A stretch of 61,504 nucleotides of DNA, filler included. It is 10 parts of 10 records of this genome, joined end to end, with 100 filler letters (N's around TTAATTAATTAA, not from the genome) between each part and the next. Parts side by side here need not be neighbours in the genome. Positions count along the whole stretch, not along the records: positions 1 to 8,140 come from SRR15195285_7313; positions 8,241 to 13,896 come from SRR15195285_7320; 8 more parts are not named here. One strand, 5' to 3'. The position numbers and the translations under genes are program-made. The notes under the pieces were generated by a model. That model did no database searches and was not told the origin of the DNA. It saw only the letters and a program-made list of their open reading frames with translations. Shown in pieces: positions 1 through 11,016 of the stretch. The number at the start of each line of letters is the position of its first letter. Position 1 is the first letter of the stretch.

Positions 1-135
1 ACCTCAATTCATCACTACAATACCATTTGGCACACCGTTACGCGGTGGCCCAAAACTTTGGGACTAGTGACTTTCACCAGCCAACCCGCTAGGAAAAGTT
101 TCTGAAGTATAATTCAATGAACCCTCAACACGTCA

Positions 136-174
136 ACAGTCACACAGTCACAGTCACAGTCACAGTCAGTCACA
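136..174. repeat. (CACAGT)n microsatellite
   Basis: Four perfect CACAGT units at 143-166 with degenerate flanking units. Confidence 0.9.
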
Positions 175-547
175 ACGTGATTCCCGGTCCGCCTCCTCGC
201 CTCCCTCAGGTCGGAGAGGTCCAGCGGCGCAGGCCTGAGTCCACGATCGACTGACACTGAGGCCTCCTTGGCGCGGCTCGCTCGAGGCGAACAGCGGGAG
301 GCTGTACAGTACAGTACCCTCGCGTGAGCAGCAGCGACTCGGTCTTAGTACCATTTATAGCAGGCAGCACGCACGCAGCGTTGCCCACACAGGCCGTGGG
401 CGTGTGGTACGACGAGGTACGTGCTGTACGAGGCGTTCGAACAAGGTTCTCTGCGCCGGGGACCTGTAAAGTGTGCAGCCTCGACGGACTGATCTGGTGG
501 GAGCGCGGCCACGGCCCGGTAGTCGACCTGCCGGATCAGGCGAGCCC

Positions 548-1282
548 ATGCACGAACCAGAGCCGGAGCAGGCACAGGCACAGCAGCTGCCCGCCAGCAA
601 GCCCGCATTTCCCAAGGAGTATCTCTGCACGTTGAAAGCTAATGTACGGCCGTCCGTAGACCTGGACGGCCCAAAGCTGCGGGTGATCCAACCAGGCGCG
701 CGCGTCATGATCCTCGAAATCGCCACACGCCAAGGCCACTTACGGGGAAGGATCGAGAGCGAGTCCGTTGGACACGACTCAGAGTGGCTGTCAATCCGTA
801 CAAAGCTGGGTAATCAGTTGCTGGTGCCCGTGGACGGTGGGCCGTTGCGCTCCGACCTGGCACCCGAGCCTGGATTCCCACCAGATCAGACCGTCGAGCG
901 CGTAAAGTTCCTGGCACCGAAGACACGCCTGGACGGGGAGGGGAAGCCCTACACTGTATACTGTGTGCGGTGCTTCCCGCAAGAAGCAGCGCCGTGGGAG
1001 GTGGAGCGCCGTTTTTCTGATTTCTACTCGCTGTGGTATGAGCTCGAGGCAGCTGGAGCAACTGCCGTCAATCGCCTGGACTTCCCTTCAAGAACGACTT
1101 CGCTGTTTGCCAGCAAGGAGGCACTGGAACAGGAGCGGAGAACGACTCTCGAGCAGTTCCTCAATTTTCTCATTTCTCTCGGTGGGACAGAGTCACTAGA
1201 CAAAAAGGTCGGCAACTGTTGGCCAGGCGAAAAGGCAACTATGTTGTTTCTGGCTCCATGGTCTGCCGAGGACTTTGTGTAG
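548..1282 (+). CDS. SH3-like domain + PX (phox homology) domain protein
   Basis: First in-frame ATG at 548 (MHEPEPEQ). PX motifs YTVYCVRC..WEVERRFSDFYSLWYEL..LDFPSR..LEQERRTTLEQFL. The N-terminal region NVRPSVDLDGPKLRVIQPGARVMILE..WLSI looks like an SH3b-type fold. Confidence 0.8.
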   Translation: MHEPEPEQAQAQQLPASKPAFPKEYLCTLKANVRPSVDLDGPKLRVIQPGARVMILEIATRQGHLRGRIESESVGHDSEWLSIRTKLGNQLLVPVDGGPLRSDLAPEPGFPPDQTVERVKFLAPKTRLDGEGKPYTVYCVRCFPQEAAPWEVERRFSDFYSLWYELEAAGATAVNRLDFPSRTTSLFASKEALEQERRTTLEQFLNFLISLGGTESLDKKVGNCWPGEKATMLFLAPWSAEDFV

Positions 1283-1389
1283 ACAGGCGTATCGCTCAGA
1301 TGATTATGTGTGCTTGCAAAGTCAATTCAAGCTCATTCAACCTCTTCACTCGGGCGGCCACACGCAAACGCATATCGCAGTATCGTAGG

Positions 1390-4300
1390 TTATACATCAG
1401 TGAGAAGATGCGTTATTTTCGTGGAAGTTTCTTCTGATAGCCCAAGCAAATCGCGGACCGCCGGAAGTGCCAGCAGTCCAGCCTCCTGCGGATACAAACA
1501 ATTGCACGAGGTTACCACCTAGATGCGCATTGAGAGTGATCAGGCTCGTGCTGCCCGTTCAGGCACCACAAGCTTACACCGAGCAGCCGTTCGAAATAGA
1601 GCTGTAGTTCATGCTGCCGCATCCGCACATTCCCTTCGTCCTGCACATAGAGCACAGCTGAGCTTGTTCACGTGACAATTGCTGCAGCATTAGTGGTAGC
1701 CACGCGATGTGGGCCTACACACATATCAGCTAGCAGTAGACAGTAGATAGTTTGTAGTAGACAGTAGATACAGTAGACAATCGACGTACGGTGACCATAT
1801 TTCTAAACCAGTATTTAGGCGGGAACTCCAGCGGTGGGTCGAGATTAGAGAGATGCCCGTGCTGCACGAACTGCGCGTGCGCCTCGAGGCCTTGTGAATA
1901 GCGCGTAGTGAATGTGCCGACGTCACCACTGTCAACAGATAGCTGGAAAGTATACGTAATGTGCTCCGTTTTGCCATCGCTCACTCGCTCTCCGACACCC
2001 ACACTCTCACACTTCACGGCAAGGCCTTTTCCAGAAGCAGTTTTGAGCGTAGGTATTCCAACTGTCATACTGTGCATACCCACAACACCCGCGAAAAGTC
2101 ATTTTTCACAATCAAATGATTGATTGATCTGACACCTTTGCCAATCAGGTTATGGTAGCGGTACTACAACAAGGTGTGCTACCGATATGACACTACATAC
2201 CGCAGCGCTTGGGTCTCGATCTTGCCGACGGCCACCCCCGCGGCCATTTCATCCACAGAGTACTCAACCTCGTCGTACTTGCAATACAGCTCGTCCCAGA
2301 GATGAAGATACTTGAGACTACAACGGACAGGCAGAAGTGATGGTCCGGAGCTGTTGCCTATCGGTGCGTATCCAACCGCGCTGTAGCGTTCGCGGTTCTC
2401 AACAGCGCACAGATGGCCCCACATCGACGGTGCGTCCTGCCCGTAGCGAGCATCGGACATCTCTTTATCCGAGTTTGCCATGAAGTCGCTGAAAAGCTCA
2501 CTGTCGGCGAGCGTAGCAAGCGTAACAAGGAATTCGTCGTTGAATTCAAACTCTGTTGGAACCTGCGAGCGGATGTGATGGACGCATTCGAAAAATTGCA
2601 GCAGACAGGGCGAGCGCTGGTCTGCATACGCGACCGTTCCAAGCCGCTTCCTGCACATGTGACCGAAGGCAACAAACTCCTTCTGGATTAATGTTCTGAA
2701 TCCATCAATGGTTCTGCGCAGCATTCGACACAGTACGTTCGGGTTAGGGGTTGCGCGTCACGGCAGCGGCGATAGCGGATTTTGACAGCAAAGCGAGGTC
2801 TGAGCACTAGCAGACTAGGACGCTAGGTCAGGAGCAACAAAAAGACTGTAGTAAGGGGAGCGCCTAACCTGAAGTAGGGGTCGAGCATGAGCTGTGCCAA
2901 TGCACAAACTTGAGAGGTGCGGTCCCAGCCATCACTGCAGTGAATCAACGCGTGCCCGCCGTCCCGTACCAAGAGTGCTACTTCGAGGGAAGAGCCAAGC
3001 AACAGCCGAATGTAGTTCAGCCAACCAGTCGATGAAAGCTGTGGCAACCACGAAGCTTCATGGTCGTCAAACTCCTGCACCTCCGAGACGATCAGGTTCA
3101 TCAACGCGTCCAGCGAGTGGCGCATAGCATGGATGTTGCCAATATCGAGGAAGACACGCTCGCAGCCAACGTATCGCGCTGGGTCTTCCAAGCCTGCTCC
3201 TTTGAGGGAGTTGGCTGCTGCAGCCGAGTGAGAGCGGCAATCAAATATCGTCAGAAGCTTGGTGGTTCTGCCGCCTGTACCAGTATCATTCCCGATCTGT
3301 TGCAGCAATCCAACGAATTCCTCGTCGTGTGGGCTGTTGCTTGCCAATGGTCCAGTCATCGGCTGGGAGCAGCGGTAGATGCAACCTATCGGCGAATACC
3401 ACGAGAGACACGGCAGGCGGTTTTTAGAGCGAAATTTGGCACACTTTGACGTCAGCTCTGCTGAAGCTCGTTTTGGAACCAGTACAAGCTTTGGATAGGT
3501 GTCGCAAAGTGAGTAGTCGGAGTTGCCTCCGTCACGAAATTCGGAAGCTTCGCTCTGCCACGAACCGCCAAGCTGCCGGTCAAACTCTGCACTCAAATCC
3601 AGCTCCCAGCCGAGGTCAGCATCACCTGCAGCGGCAGATAGGGCCTTCCACCGCTGAACTGCTGCAGGCATGAGTGCCGCGCGCTCTTCACCTAACTGGC
3701 TTGTCCACTGATTAATTCGATCGTGCAGCCCTGATAGTGCAGCAACAGTATCCACCGCGGAAGCGTGGAACGTCACTGTACGGAAGTCCTTGCAGTCAAG
3801 GCGCAATTGAGCAGTAGTGTCACTTGACTGCAACGCAGCTTTAGTGATGCATCCTCTTGGTACGGCCATCGTAAGGTCAGCGCCTCGTCCCTCCTGTTTG
3901 TCTAATACGAGCAGCTGGGACGGCACCATCCGCAAGCTGACGGGGTGCCTGAAGCCAGACACCTCAGCCTCGATCCCCTGAATCACCAGTTCCGTTGGCT
4001 CCTCTCCAGGAATGCTTACAGTCGTCGTGGCTGTCGCGGATGGTTGGACGTTCCACTGCCCAAGCAACTCGAGGCGCGTTGCGTCCTCTGGTCTCACCGC
4101 CGTGGCGGTCGATTGCGCAGCGATCGCCGCGAGAAGTCCAGGCGATACTTTGATGGTTGCGTCGAGGATTCCAAACCCAACACTGTTCTTGCTCGCTACC
4201 ACGCCCGGCGGGGGTCCCAGCGTCCATGCCGCTGTAATCTCCGCCTCGCGAAGAGAAAACAGCGGGACTAGAAGCCTAGCACGGAACTGGTTTCCCACAT

Positions 4301-4547
4301 ATTCGACCGTGTAGATGTCGATTGATAGGTAGGGGTGCATGCTCGCGGCCCGCTCGAGCCCAACGGAGGGCGACCCAAGCTCTACCACTGCTCCCCACTC
4401 AGCGGCGGCCGCTGACGCTCTGGCGACGTCCGTCTCGGCGACGGCATCGCCCCACTTCACCGTGGCCAACACCTCGGCGCTCTCGCTCCCAGCACTCGGT
4501 ATGCCCTGCGCCTTCGCCAGTCTCACCGTCAAAGCGGCGACAGCCAT
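1390..4547 (-). CDS. Myotubularin-family phosphoinositide 3-phosphatase with N-terminal C2 and PH/GRAM-like domains and a C-terminal PX domain (5 exons)
   Basis: Catalytic motif IHCSDGWDRT; also LCDTYP, FRSKNRLPCLSW, RCSQP and IGNIHAMRHSL. Removing GT-AG introns 2714-2868, 2070-2200, 1641-1789 and 1486-1577 gives one frame (DPYFRTIDGF..QALRMTVG..FPPKYWFRNMVTDEGNVRMRQHELQLYFERLLGEAGLLALPAVRDLLG..) ending at TAA 1390-1392. Confidence 0.9.
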
Positions 4548-4888
4548 CGATCGACCGTGCTCGTCACCACAGTGACAGCCACCGGGATATGCGTGTACAG
4601 TACGTCTACTGATGGTGCCGTCGCCAGCGGGTACAGTATGGTGTGCCAGGTGCGTCGCGAGTGCGCGCGGTGCGGTGCGTGCATGCGTGCGCGCGCCATG
4701 AGGAGCGAACGGTATATAATTTCTCAGTGAGTTCTCGACATTCCGCCGTATACACAAATGCAGTACCGAGTCGCGTTCGTGACATCATGATCCGGCCGCG
4801 GGAATTCGCCACGTGTCGACAGGGTACGAGGATACCGGCGCTTCGGCGAGGAGAGACGACTGCGCTGCCTGGGCCCTGGGGACCCCAG

Positions 4889-4912
4889 GACGACGACGAC
4901 GACGACGACGAC
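4889..4912. repeat. (GAC)8 microsatellite between divergent genes
   Basis: Eight perfect GAC units. Confidence 0.9.
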
Positions 4913-5034
4913 AGCGGCGTAGAACGGCAAGCTCCCTTCTGGGCTGCTGGGCTCGACACGAAGACATATTGGCGCATACGGACGCCGTGGGGGAGGTGGC
5001 GAGTGCGTGTGGGGGAGGTTGCAGCTAGGCAGGG

Positions 5035-5922
5035 ATGTCGAAGAACAGCAACCTGCCGGCGCCGATGAAGCCCTGGGCTTCACCGGAGGGCCACGGTGCA
5101 CACTACATCAACGTGGAATGGGCGATGCCGCCGGCGTCCATCCCTGCCTCTGAGTTCGAATGCCAGTACGGATTCCGGCTACTGGGGAAGTGGTTTACTC
5201 ACGCAAGGGGGTTGACGGACGACCCCGCGATGGAGACGCGTCGCATCGAGCCGCTGAAGCCGAACGAGAAGTACATCGTGAGAGTCCGGGCGCGGTTTCC
5301 AGGTCAGGGCTGGGGGCCGTGGAGCCCGAAGAGCGAGGTGATGTTGACGCTGCAAGAAGGTGCGGCACCAGGGAGCAGCCCGCGCGTGGCCGGGTTCGAT
5401 GGAGATGATCCGGCGCTGAAGCAGTTCCAGGGCATAGATGACAGCAAACTCAAGTCTCGGTACGAGGTGATCTGGAAGCACAAGGTGGCCGCGCACCGAG
5501 GCGACCCCAGCGGTGTGTCGACAGTGTATAAGCTGCCCGCCATCCTGTCGGTCAATCAGTTTGGGGTGGCAATGAGCCTGAGACAAACCGGCACCATCAG
5601 TGCAAAGTTCGACCTCGAGTCGATCAAAACATATCGCTGCCGTGGTTCGGGAGGCTTCACCATCGTGGTGGGGATGCTGAATGACGCCAACGCGTCAGCG
5701 ACGATGTGGGCGCACGGGATGGACGCCCATCGCGGCGAAGCGCCATATCACTTTGAGTACGATTTTGACACTAGAGACGGCAAGCTGATCGGTGCTGCCA
5801 TTATCAAGGCCACCAAGGAGGCGCAGCTAGCGGAGGAGGATCGCATGAGACAACTCATGTTTGACAGCCAGCCTAAGACCATGGCCGATGCGGGACCGAG
5901 TTGGCAAGCGCGTGGACGATAG
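5035..5922 (+). CDS. Fibronectin type III domain + PTB/FERM-C-like domain protein
   Basis: FN3 pattern INVEWAMP..LKPNEKYIVRVRARFPGQGWGPWS. The second half (ILSVNQFGVAM..FDLESIKTY..YDFDTRDGKLIGAAI) resembles a FERM F3/PTB lobe. Confidence 0.7.
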   Translation: MSKNSNLPAPMKPWASPEGHGAHYINVEWAMPPASIPASEFECQYGFRLLGKWFTHARGLTDDPAMETRRIEPLKPNEKYIVRVRARFPGQGWGPWSPKSEVMLTLQEGAAPGSSPRVAGFDGDDPALKQFQGIDDSKLKSRYEVIWKHKVAAHRGDPSGVSTVYKLPAILSVNQFGVAMSLRQTGTISAKFDLESIKTYRCRGSGGFTIVVGMLNDANASATMWAHGMDAHRGEAPYHFEYDFDTRDGKLIGAAIIKATKEAQLAEEDRMRQLMFDSQPKTMADAGPSWQARGR

Positions 5923-6030
5923 CATAATATATCTGTCGAGTGTTACCCTGCCAGCCTGTTCATGCACACCTCCAGCTCGCGCAGGCAAAGTGCGCGCCTT
6001 GCCTTCAGCCTGTGCTGCACCGGGATTCCA

Positions 6031-7803
6031 TCAACCAGAGCCTGAGCCAGAGCTGCTGCCTGATGGCGCTGCAAGCATGCCCTGGACAGACTGGATAGTG
6101 CCCCACACAGCGAGAACGCAACCGAAAGCTGTTGTCAGCACGGAGACGGCCGTCCCCACTGGTTTCCCATTCCTGCATTCCTTGAGCCATGCCACGTGCG
6201 GCAAAATGTAGATCGCCAGACTGGTCGCTGCGATGCCGTGCACATCGGCAGTGGCAGATTACCATGCTTGTCAGCTCACAGTTGCTGCCCTACAGCGAAG
6301 ATTACAGCATTGCGGCAAGTCTGCCTGGGCGAAATGTTTGCGCGCAGATGTGGGCGTACCAACGGCGCCGATAAGTCCCAGATAATCACCAAACTTGGGC
6401 ACAACCAAGGCGATGGCTCCGCTTAGGGCCACCCAGAACCATCGAACGCCAACAATCTGAGGCTTGAGCTTGCGGTGATCGGCAGTGTAGCGACCCATGC
6501 CCCAGCTGCGAAGTGCCTTGAGTTCCACTGCCTCGTACGCACAAAAGTATACCACAGCATAGGTAGGGATGAGTTGGAAGCAGTAGAGCAGAATGGCAAT
6601 TCTGTTCGGCAGATTTGCTGTGTCGTCCCATCCGCCACCTGTGTCAAAGCTCAGCGACAGCTGCGCTTTCACGTTCCCGACAAACCGGATATTGCCGGCG
6701 AGACCCACCGCCATGTAGCACGTGGTGAAAAATACGATCGACCAACCGGAGACGTGCAGAAATGTCGAGGGTCTCTTCATAGAGTTGCGGGTGGATGGGG
6801 TTAATATGACGATACCTGCATGTCAGCACCGATCAGAGACAGAAAACGGCTCAGAGTCCAAAGCCTGGCCTAGGACAGCGACAACTCGCGTACCTTCGTT
6901 GCAAAATGCTGCTATCGACATCGCCAGTGGAAAACTCTCCCATTGTACCACTGGCTGCTCATTGAAGAAGGTGTGGATAGCCTGGCCGTCCACGTGAATG
7001 AAAAACTCAGCCACCACCAAGCAGGCGAAGGTGAATGCACAACCCAGACCGAACACGCTGATTGGTGCCAGAAATCGAACGTCGTCGAGGATACTGAGAA
7101 GAAGTAGGGGAGCCCCAGCAATGAGCACCCATGTGTAGTCTGGCCAGCCAAAAAGCTTGTGGCAGTTGTCTTTTATGAAGAGCAGATATGCTATGCAGGA
7201 ACCCCAGGCAGAGACGACAATGCTGGCTAGAGACAGGAGCTCGCCGGCCGAACCGAGGCTGAGCTGCATAATTCCTGAGTAGTCCTACGGCCATCACAGC
7301 ACAGTTATGCCGGCCAGACTAAAATCAGGTTGCACGCTGTCCGATACGTCCAAAACTTGATTGGCGAAGCCGACTGCAATGTTTGTGCGCGCACCAAATT
7401 GGCTGTGTCCTCCGTCTCGGTAGGTGCACCAAGCAGAGGTCTGTGCACTGACACGCTCGTGCTGCGCCGCTGCAGCGCGGCAGCCACGTCTAGAAGGCGT
7501 GCTATTGAAAGCTGAGTCAATCCCATCGATATGACGAACATTATTACCCCAGCGATCGTCCCGGCTTGATCGAGCATGTACGGCATGGCCACTGCGGCAA
7601 CGAAGCAGGCGCCAGATCTGAGAACGGCTGCAGTGAGAGGCATCCGAGTGGCCTGGATCAGGAAGACACTCACTCATCCCGATTCCCCAGTTGCACTTGA
7701 CCAAGGTGAATGCAGCTCCCAACGCGCTCTGGCCGTTTGCTCTGTCAGCCTCTGCGCGGGACGGGTCTGCATGCTGCACTGAGTGACCTGCTGTGCTGCC
7801 CAT
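6031..7803 (-). CDS. Amino acid/auxin permease (Aa_trans, SLC36/SLC38-like) transporter, multi-exon
   Basis: Spliced motifs AAFTLVKCNWGIGMMAMPYMLDQAG, FPLAMSIAAFCNEG, SMKRPSTF and LVVPKFGDYLGLIGAVATSLAIYILP. Many hydrophobic segments. GT-AG introns restore the frame (e.g. 6228-6359). Confidence 0.9.
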
Positions 7804-8140
7804 TCTCGCCACAAAGCAGTCCGATCCGCCGCCGCGCACCCTCTGCGGCCCAACAAGCCAACGCGTGGAGGCAGGCTGCCCTTCCGTCCTCAACGCGTAG
7901 ACAGCTGAGCGAGCGCCGGTCGGTGCGACACCGACAGGGCCGTGACTACGGTCTACGTACGCGGCGCGCACAGCCGCGCACCGCCGCACCGCGAGCCACC
8001 GCTGCACTCAGCACTCTGATCGGGGTGGCCGGCGCGCGCCTGGTTGGTCGAGTTCACAGGCGCGGGGCGCGTTTGGTACACAGGCAGGGTTGGATTCTTG
8101 TGAAGTGGATAGAACGCACTGATAAATGCAGCGGACTCCG

Positions 8141-8240
8141 NNNNNNNNNNNNNNNNNNNNNNNNNNNNNNNNNNNNNNNNNNNNTTAATTAATTAANNNN
8201 NNNNNNNNNNNNNNNNNNNNNNNNNNNNNNNNNNNNNNNN
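8141..8240. other. Artificial contig spacer
   Basis: N44-TTAATTAATTAA-N44 (stops in six frames). Confidence 0.99.
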
Positions 8241-8297
8241 AATGCCTCTGAAACGTTTGATCAGACAGTTCTGACACGACCATTGTTGTTCGGCCAG

Positions 8298-9324
8298 GTT
8301 TGAAACCAAGTCCGTTTTTGACGAGCAAGCCATCTTGGACAAGTTGCCACCGAAACATAGAAAGGAGTTGCTCATGGCGATGTATAGGGACCATTTAGCG
8401 ACATGCCCTTTGCTCAAGAATATGGAAGAAGGAATTCTAACTAAGCTCTGTCTGAAGATGTGCCCCTACCTTGCTTTGCAAGACGACCTAATTGTGAAGG
8501 AAGCGGATGTGGGAGAGGAGATGTATATGGTCGTACGCGGCTGCGTCAAGCTTTCCTCTGAGTCTTTTCATTTATACAACGATCGCAACTGGGAGGAGGG
8601 CGCTTTCTTTGGCGAAATGCCTGTACTCGGAATCGGCGGTGGGCCTGAAGGTAACCGGCACGTGTACAGTGCAACCGCGTATGTGACTTCGGACTGCATC
8701 TTCATTTCTCAGAGAGTGCTGTCAGATTTGCAAGTATGCCACCCTGAATTCAAACGCAAAATGCGCTCGATGGCTATCAAACGGGCGCAACGATTTGGAT
8801 ACGGAAATTCGCTTGTTGCAGTCGCCAACGACGCAGACTCAGATGTTGTACAAGATTCCGGCGCACCGGCAGTGGACGTGGTGGCACACCTCGATTCATC
8901 AATGAACGCAGCGTTGGATTCGGCTGAGCGTCGCTCTCGGGCGACTTCGTTCGTAGCGGATTCAGCCGGACGTTCCTCTAACCAACGTGAGTCTCGGAAG
9001 TTTCTAAACCTGCCGAGCTCACAAGCCGCAAGTGAGAATTCGCCGCAGGAGCTCGATCGAGTGGCCTCCTCTCAGCTCAAGCAGGAGTTGCACACTGAGA
9101 TTTCAGCCTCGTCGCCAGCAAGGTCGCGTCCGTTCGGCTTCGCATCCACCACGTCAGGCGTACATGAAGAGGTGAAATTGCTGAGGCAGGAGGTAAGCAC
9201 GCTGAGTGAATTGTTGAGGCAAAGTCTAGTGTATCAATTGGGCGGTGAGCATATGGACCAGCTGTTGCCTTCGAAGGGATCACCAGCGCGGTCAAGCTCA
9301 CAGCAGACACGGTCTCAGCCATAA
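8298..9324 (+). CDS. C-terminal exon of a cyclic-nucleotide-gated/HCN/EAG-type ion channel (C-linker + cNMP-binding domain), 5' partial
   Basis: After the acceptor ggccag at 8297: VFDEQAILDKLPPKHRKELL..CPLLKNMEEGILTKLCLKM..IVKEADVGEEMYMVVRG..GAFFGE. Short C-terminal coiled coil (VHEEVKLLRQEVSTLSELL). Confidence 0.85.
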
Positions 9325-10352
9325 TGCAGCAGTCTTTTGCGTGACGCAGCACGAGATGCAATACCTCGAGCACGCGCTGTCTCGTGACTTCGATGCCCGA
9401 CTGATGCTAGCTAGCCTTACTCAGAGATTGGTATCAGGCATTACGCAAACTCAACGCCGTAGGCTCAACGAGCAGCGCAGGGTGCTCCACGAACCATGCG
9501 CATTATCAACCGCATCTCATCATCGCAATCGGCTACGCGCTTCGGGAATCCGTATGAACGAAGCGTTTGCGCGATTGAAATGACATAACACCTTGAGCTA
9601 GAGGCTGTCTTGTGAGGTTCCTGCAATGATCGTGTGCGCGGACGTTTCGGTATCCGGGAAGCGCTGGCAAACAGTGCCCCAAATGCTGGGCCGCCGCTTT
9701 GTTTATTCAATGTAATTACTCTGTTTAAGGCGTTTCCCTTGGGCCTGAGCGTGCGGACGGCGGCACAATCCGTGATTGCACCCATTTCTCACTGATCCGT
9801 CATCCAAATTGCATAGTCGACATAGCATTTGGTGATTAATGATGGTGTACGTGCCAAGCAAACTCTTGTTTCATTTTGAGATTGCAGTGCGCACACGCTC
9901 GCGGCACACTCTAGTGGCGGACGGTGCCCCACCACAGGTACAGTTCTGTGGCAACAACACGAACGCGGTCACAAAGCTGACTTGCTCCCTTGCCTCGAAG
10001 TGACCAGAAGCAGTAGCATACACTACCGTTGTGTTGACAGCATACGGAGGTGGCGTGGGAATTTTGTTCCAACACGTAGACGGCGCCAGCTGCACTTCAC
10101 TCACTTCGGCCGCACTCCCTTCCTTGAGCACAGCCTCCACCATAAGCATGTACCGCGCCGTAGGCACTGTTATAGACGCGTCAGGAAAACCAGCGGCGAC
10201 AGCAGCGGCTGCCGCGTCGTCATGGGCTGACTAGATCAGCGATGGCTCCACACCATGTGCTTGCCACGCTGATGTGAAAGACTGAGTTGAAACTCTCGAT
10301 TTGATCTCGACATTGACATGCCGACTTGACTTTTGAAGGGCGGCGATCAGGC

Positions 10353-10673
10353 ATGAAACAGCAAACTGGGTGTGCGGACAGGGTGAAGCACGTGAAGCGC
10401 CAGATGGCGCTGCTCGAGGCGAAGCAGCAGCCGCGTGCGGTGGCCAAGCACGAGCAGCGGAAGCAGACCGGCGGGGGCGGTGGTGCCAGCAAGCACAAGC
10501 TCGCTGGTGACAGGCTGATGAAGGCCGGCGATTACAGAGGGGCGGCCGAAGCCTACAGCCGAGCCAAGGAGCAGGCTGCGCTGCGACAGGGAGCCGCGGC
10601 TGTTTCAGGTAAGCGGGCCGGCGGTGGTGGTTCAGGAAGGGCGTTCTCTCGCGTGCCGATCGGCGGCCGCTAG
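10353..10673 (+). CDS. Small ORF with a single TPR-like motif (possibly a gene fragment)
   Basis: ASKHKLAGDRLMKAGDYRGAAEAYSRA fits the TPR consensus. The rest is low complexity. Confidence 0.4.
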   Translation: MKQQTGCADRVKHVKRQMALLEAKQQPRAVAKHEQRKQTGGGGGASKHKLAGDRLMKAGDYRGAAEAYSRAKEQAALRQGAAAVSGKRAGGGGSGRAFSRVPIGGR

Positions 10674-10837
10674 TGAGTCCTCGTACTCGTTGGGTTGTTG
10701 GGGACTCATACGTAGTGACAATACCATGCCATGATTCACAATGGATTCTGTTTGAACTCCATTGCGCATTCGGGATTCACGTGTTGAAACTGAATAGGGG
10801 CTCAACAGCAGTTTCACACAGTTTCATTGCACACGTA

Positions 10838-10936
10838 AGATTCAGTTTGCGATGGTTGCTGACTACTCCACCGCGACTTGGAGTAGTCAGTTTGCGATGG
10901 TTGCTGACTACTCCAAGTCCACCGCAGAGATTCAGT
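10838..10936. repeat. Nested direct/inverted repeat
   Basis: 29-nt perfect direct repeat (10842-10870, 10887-10915); 16-bp perfect inverted repeat (10875-10890 / 10904-10919); AGATTCAGT at both ends. Confidence 0.9.
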
Positions 10937-11016
10937 CTGTTTTGAGCGGAAGCAATTACATGTTTCTGACATTGAATGGCTTGATAACAACAGGCCAGTT
11001 AGTTGCACCGGCGGCG

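Noticed and set aside
1732-1778. CAGTAGA-type short repeats
   Set aside because: Low-complexity slippage inside intron 1641-1789, with no sign of function.
6035-6052. EPEPEP ORF on the plus strand
   Set aside because: It is the reverse complement of the transporter's SGSGSG C-terminus.
8141-8240. TTAATTAATTAA motif recurring nine times inside N runs
   Set aside because: Identical 100-nt six-frame-stop linker added when contigs were concatenated. It is not biological, and ORFs ending in LIN or X runs are artefacts.
10838-10936. CRISPR-like repeat-spacer-repeat
   Set aside because: Only two 29-nt copies with a 16-nt gap partly made of their own complement. No cas genes, and the context is eukaryotic.
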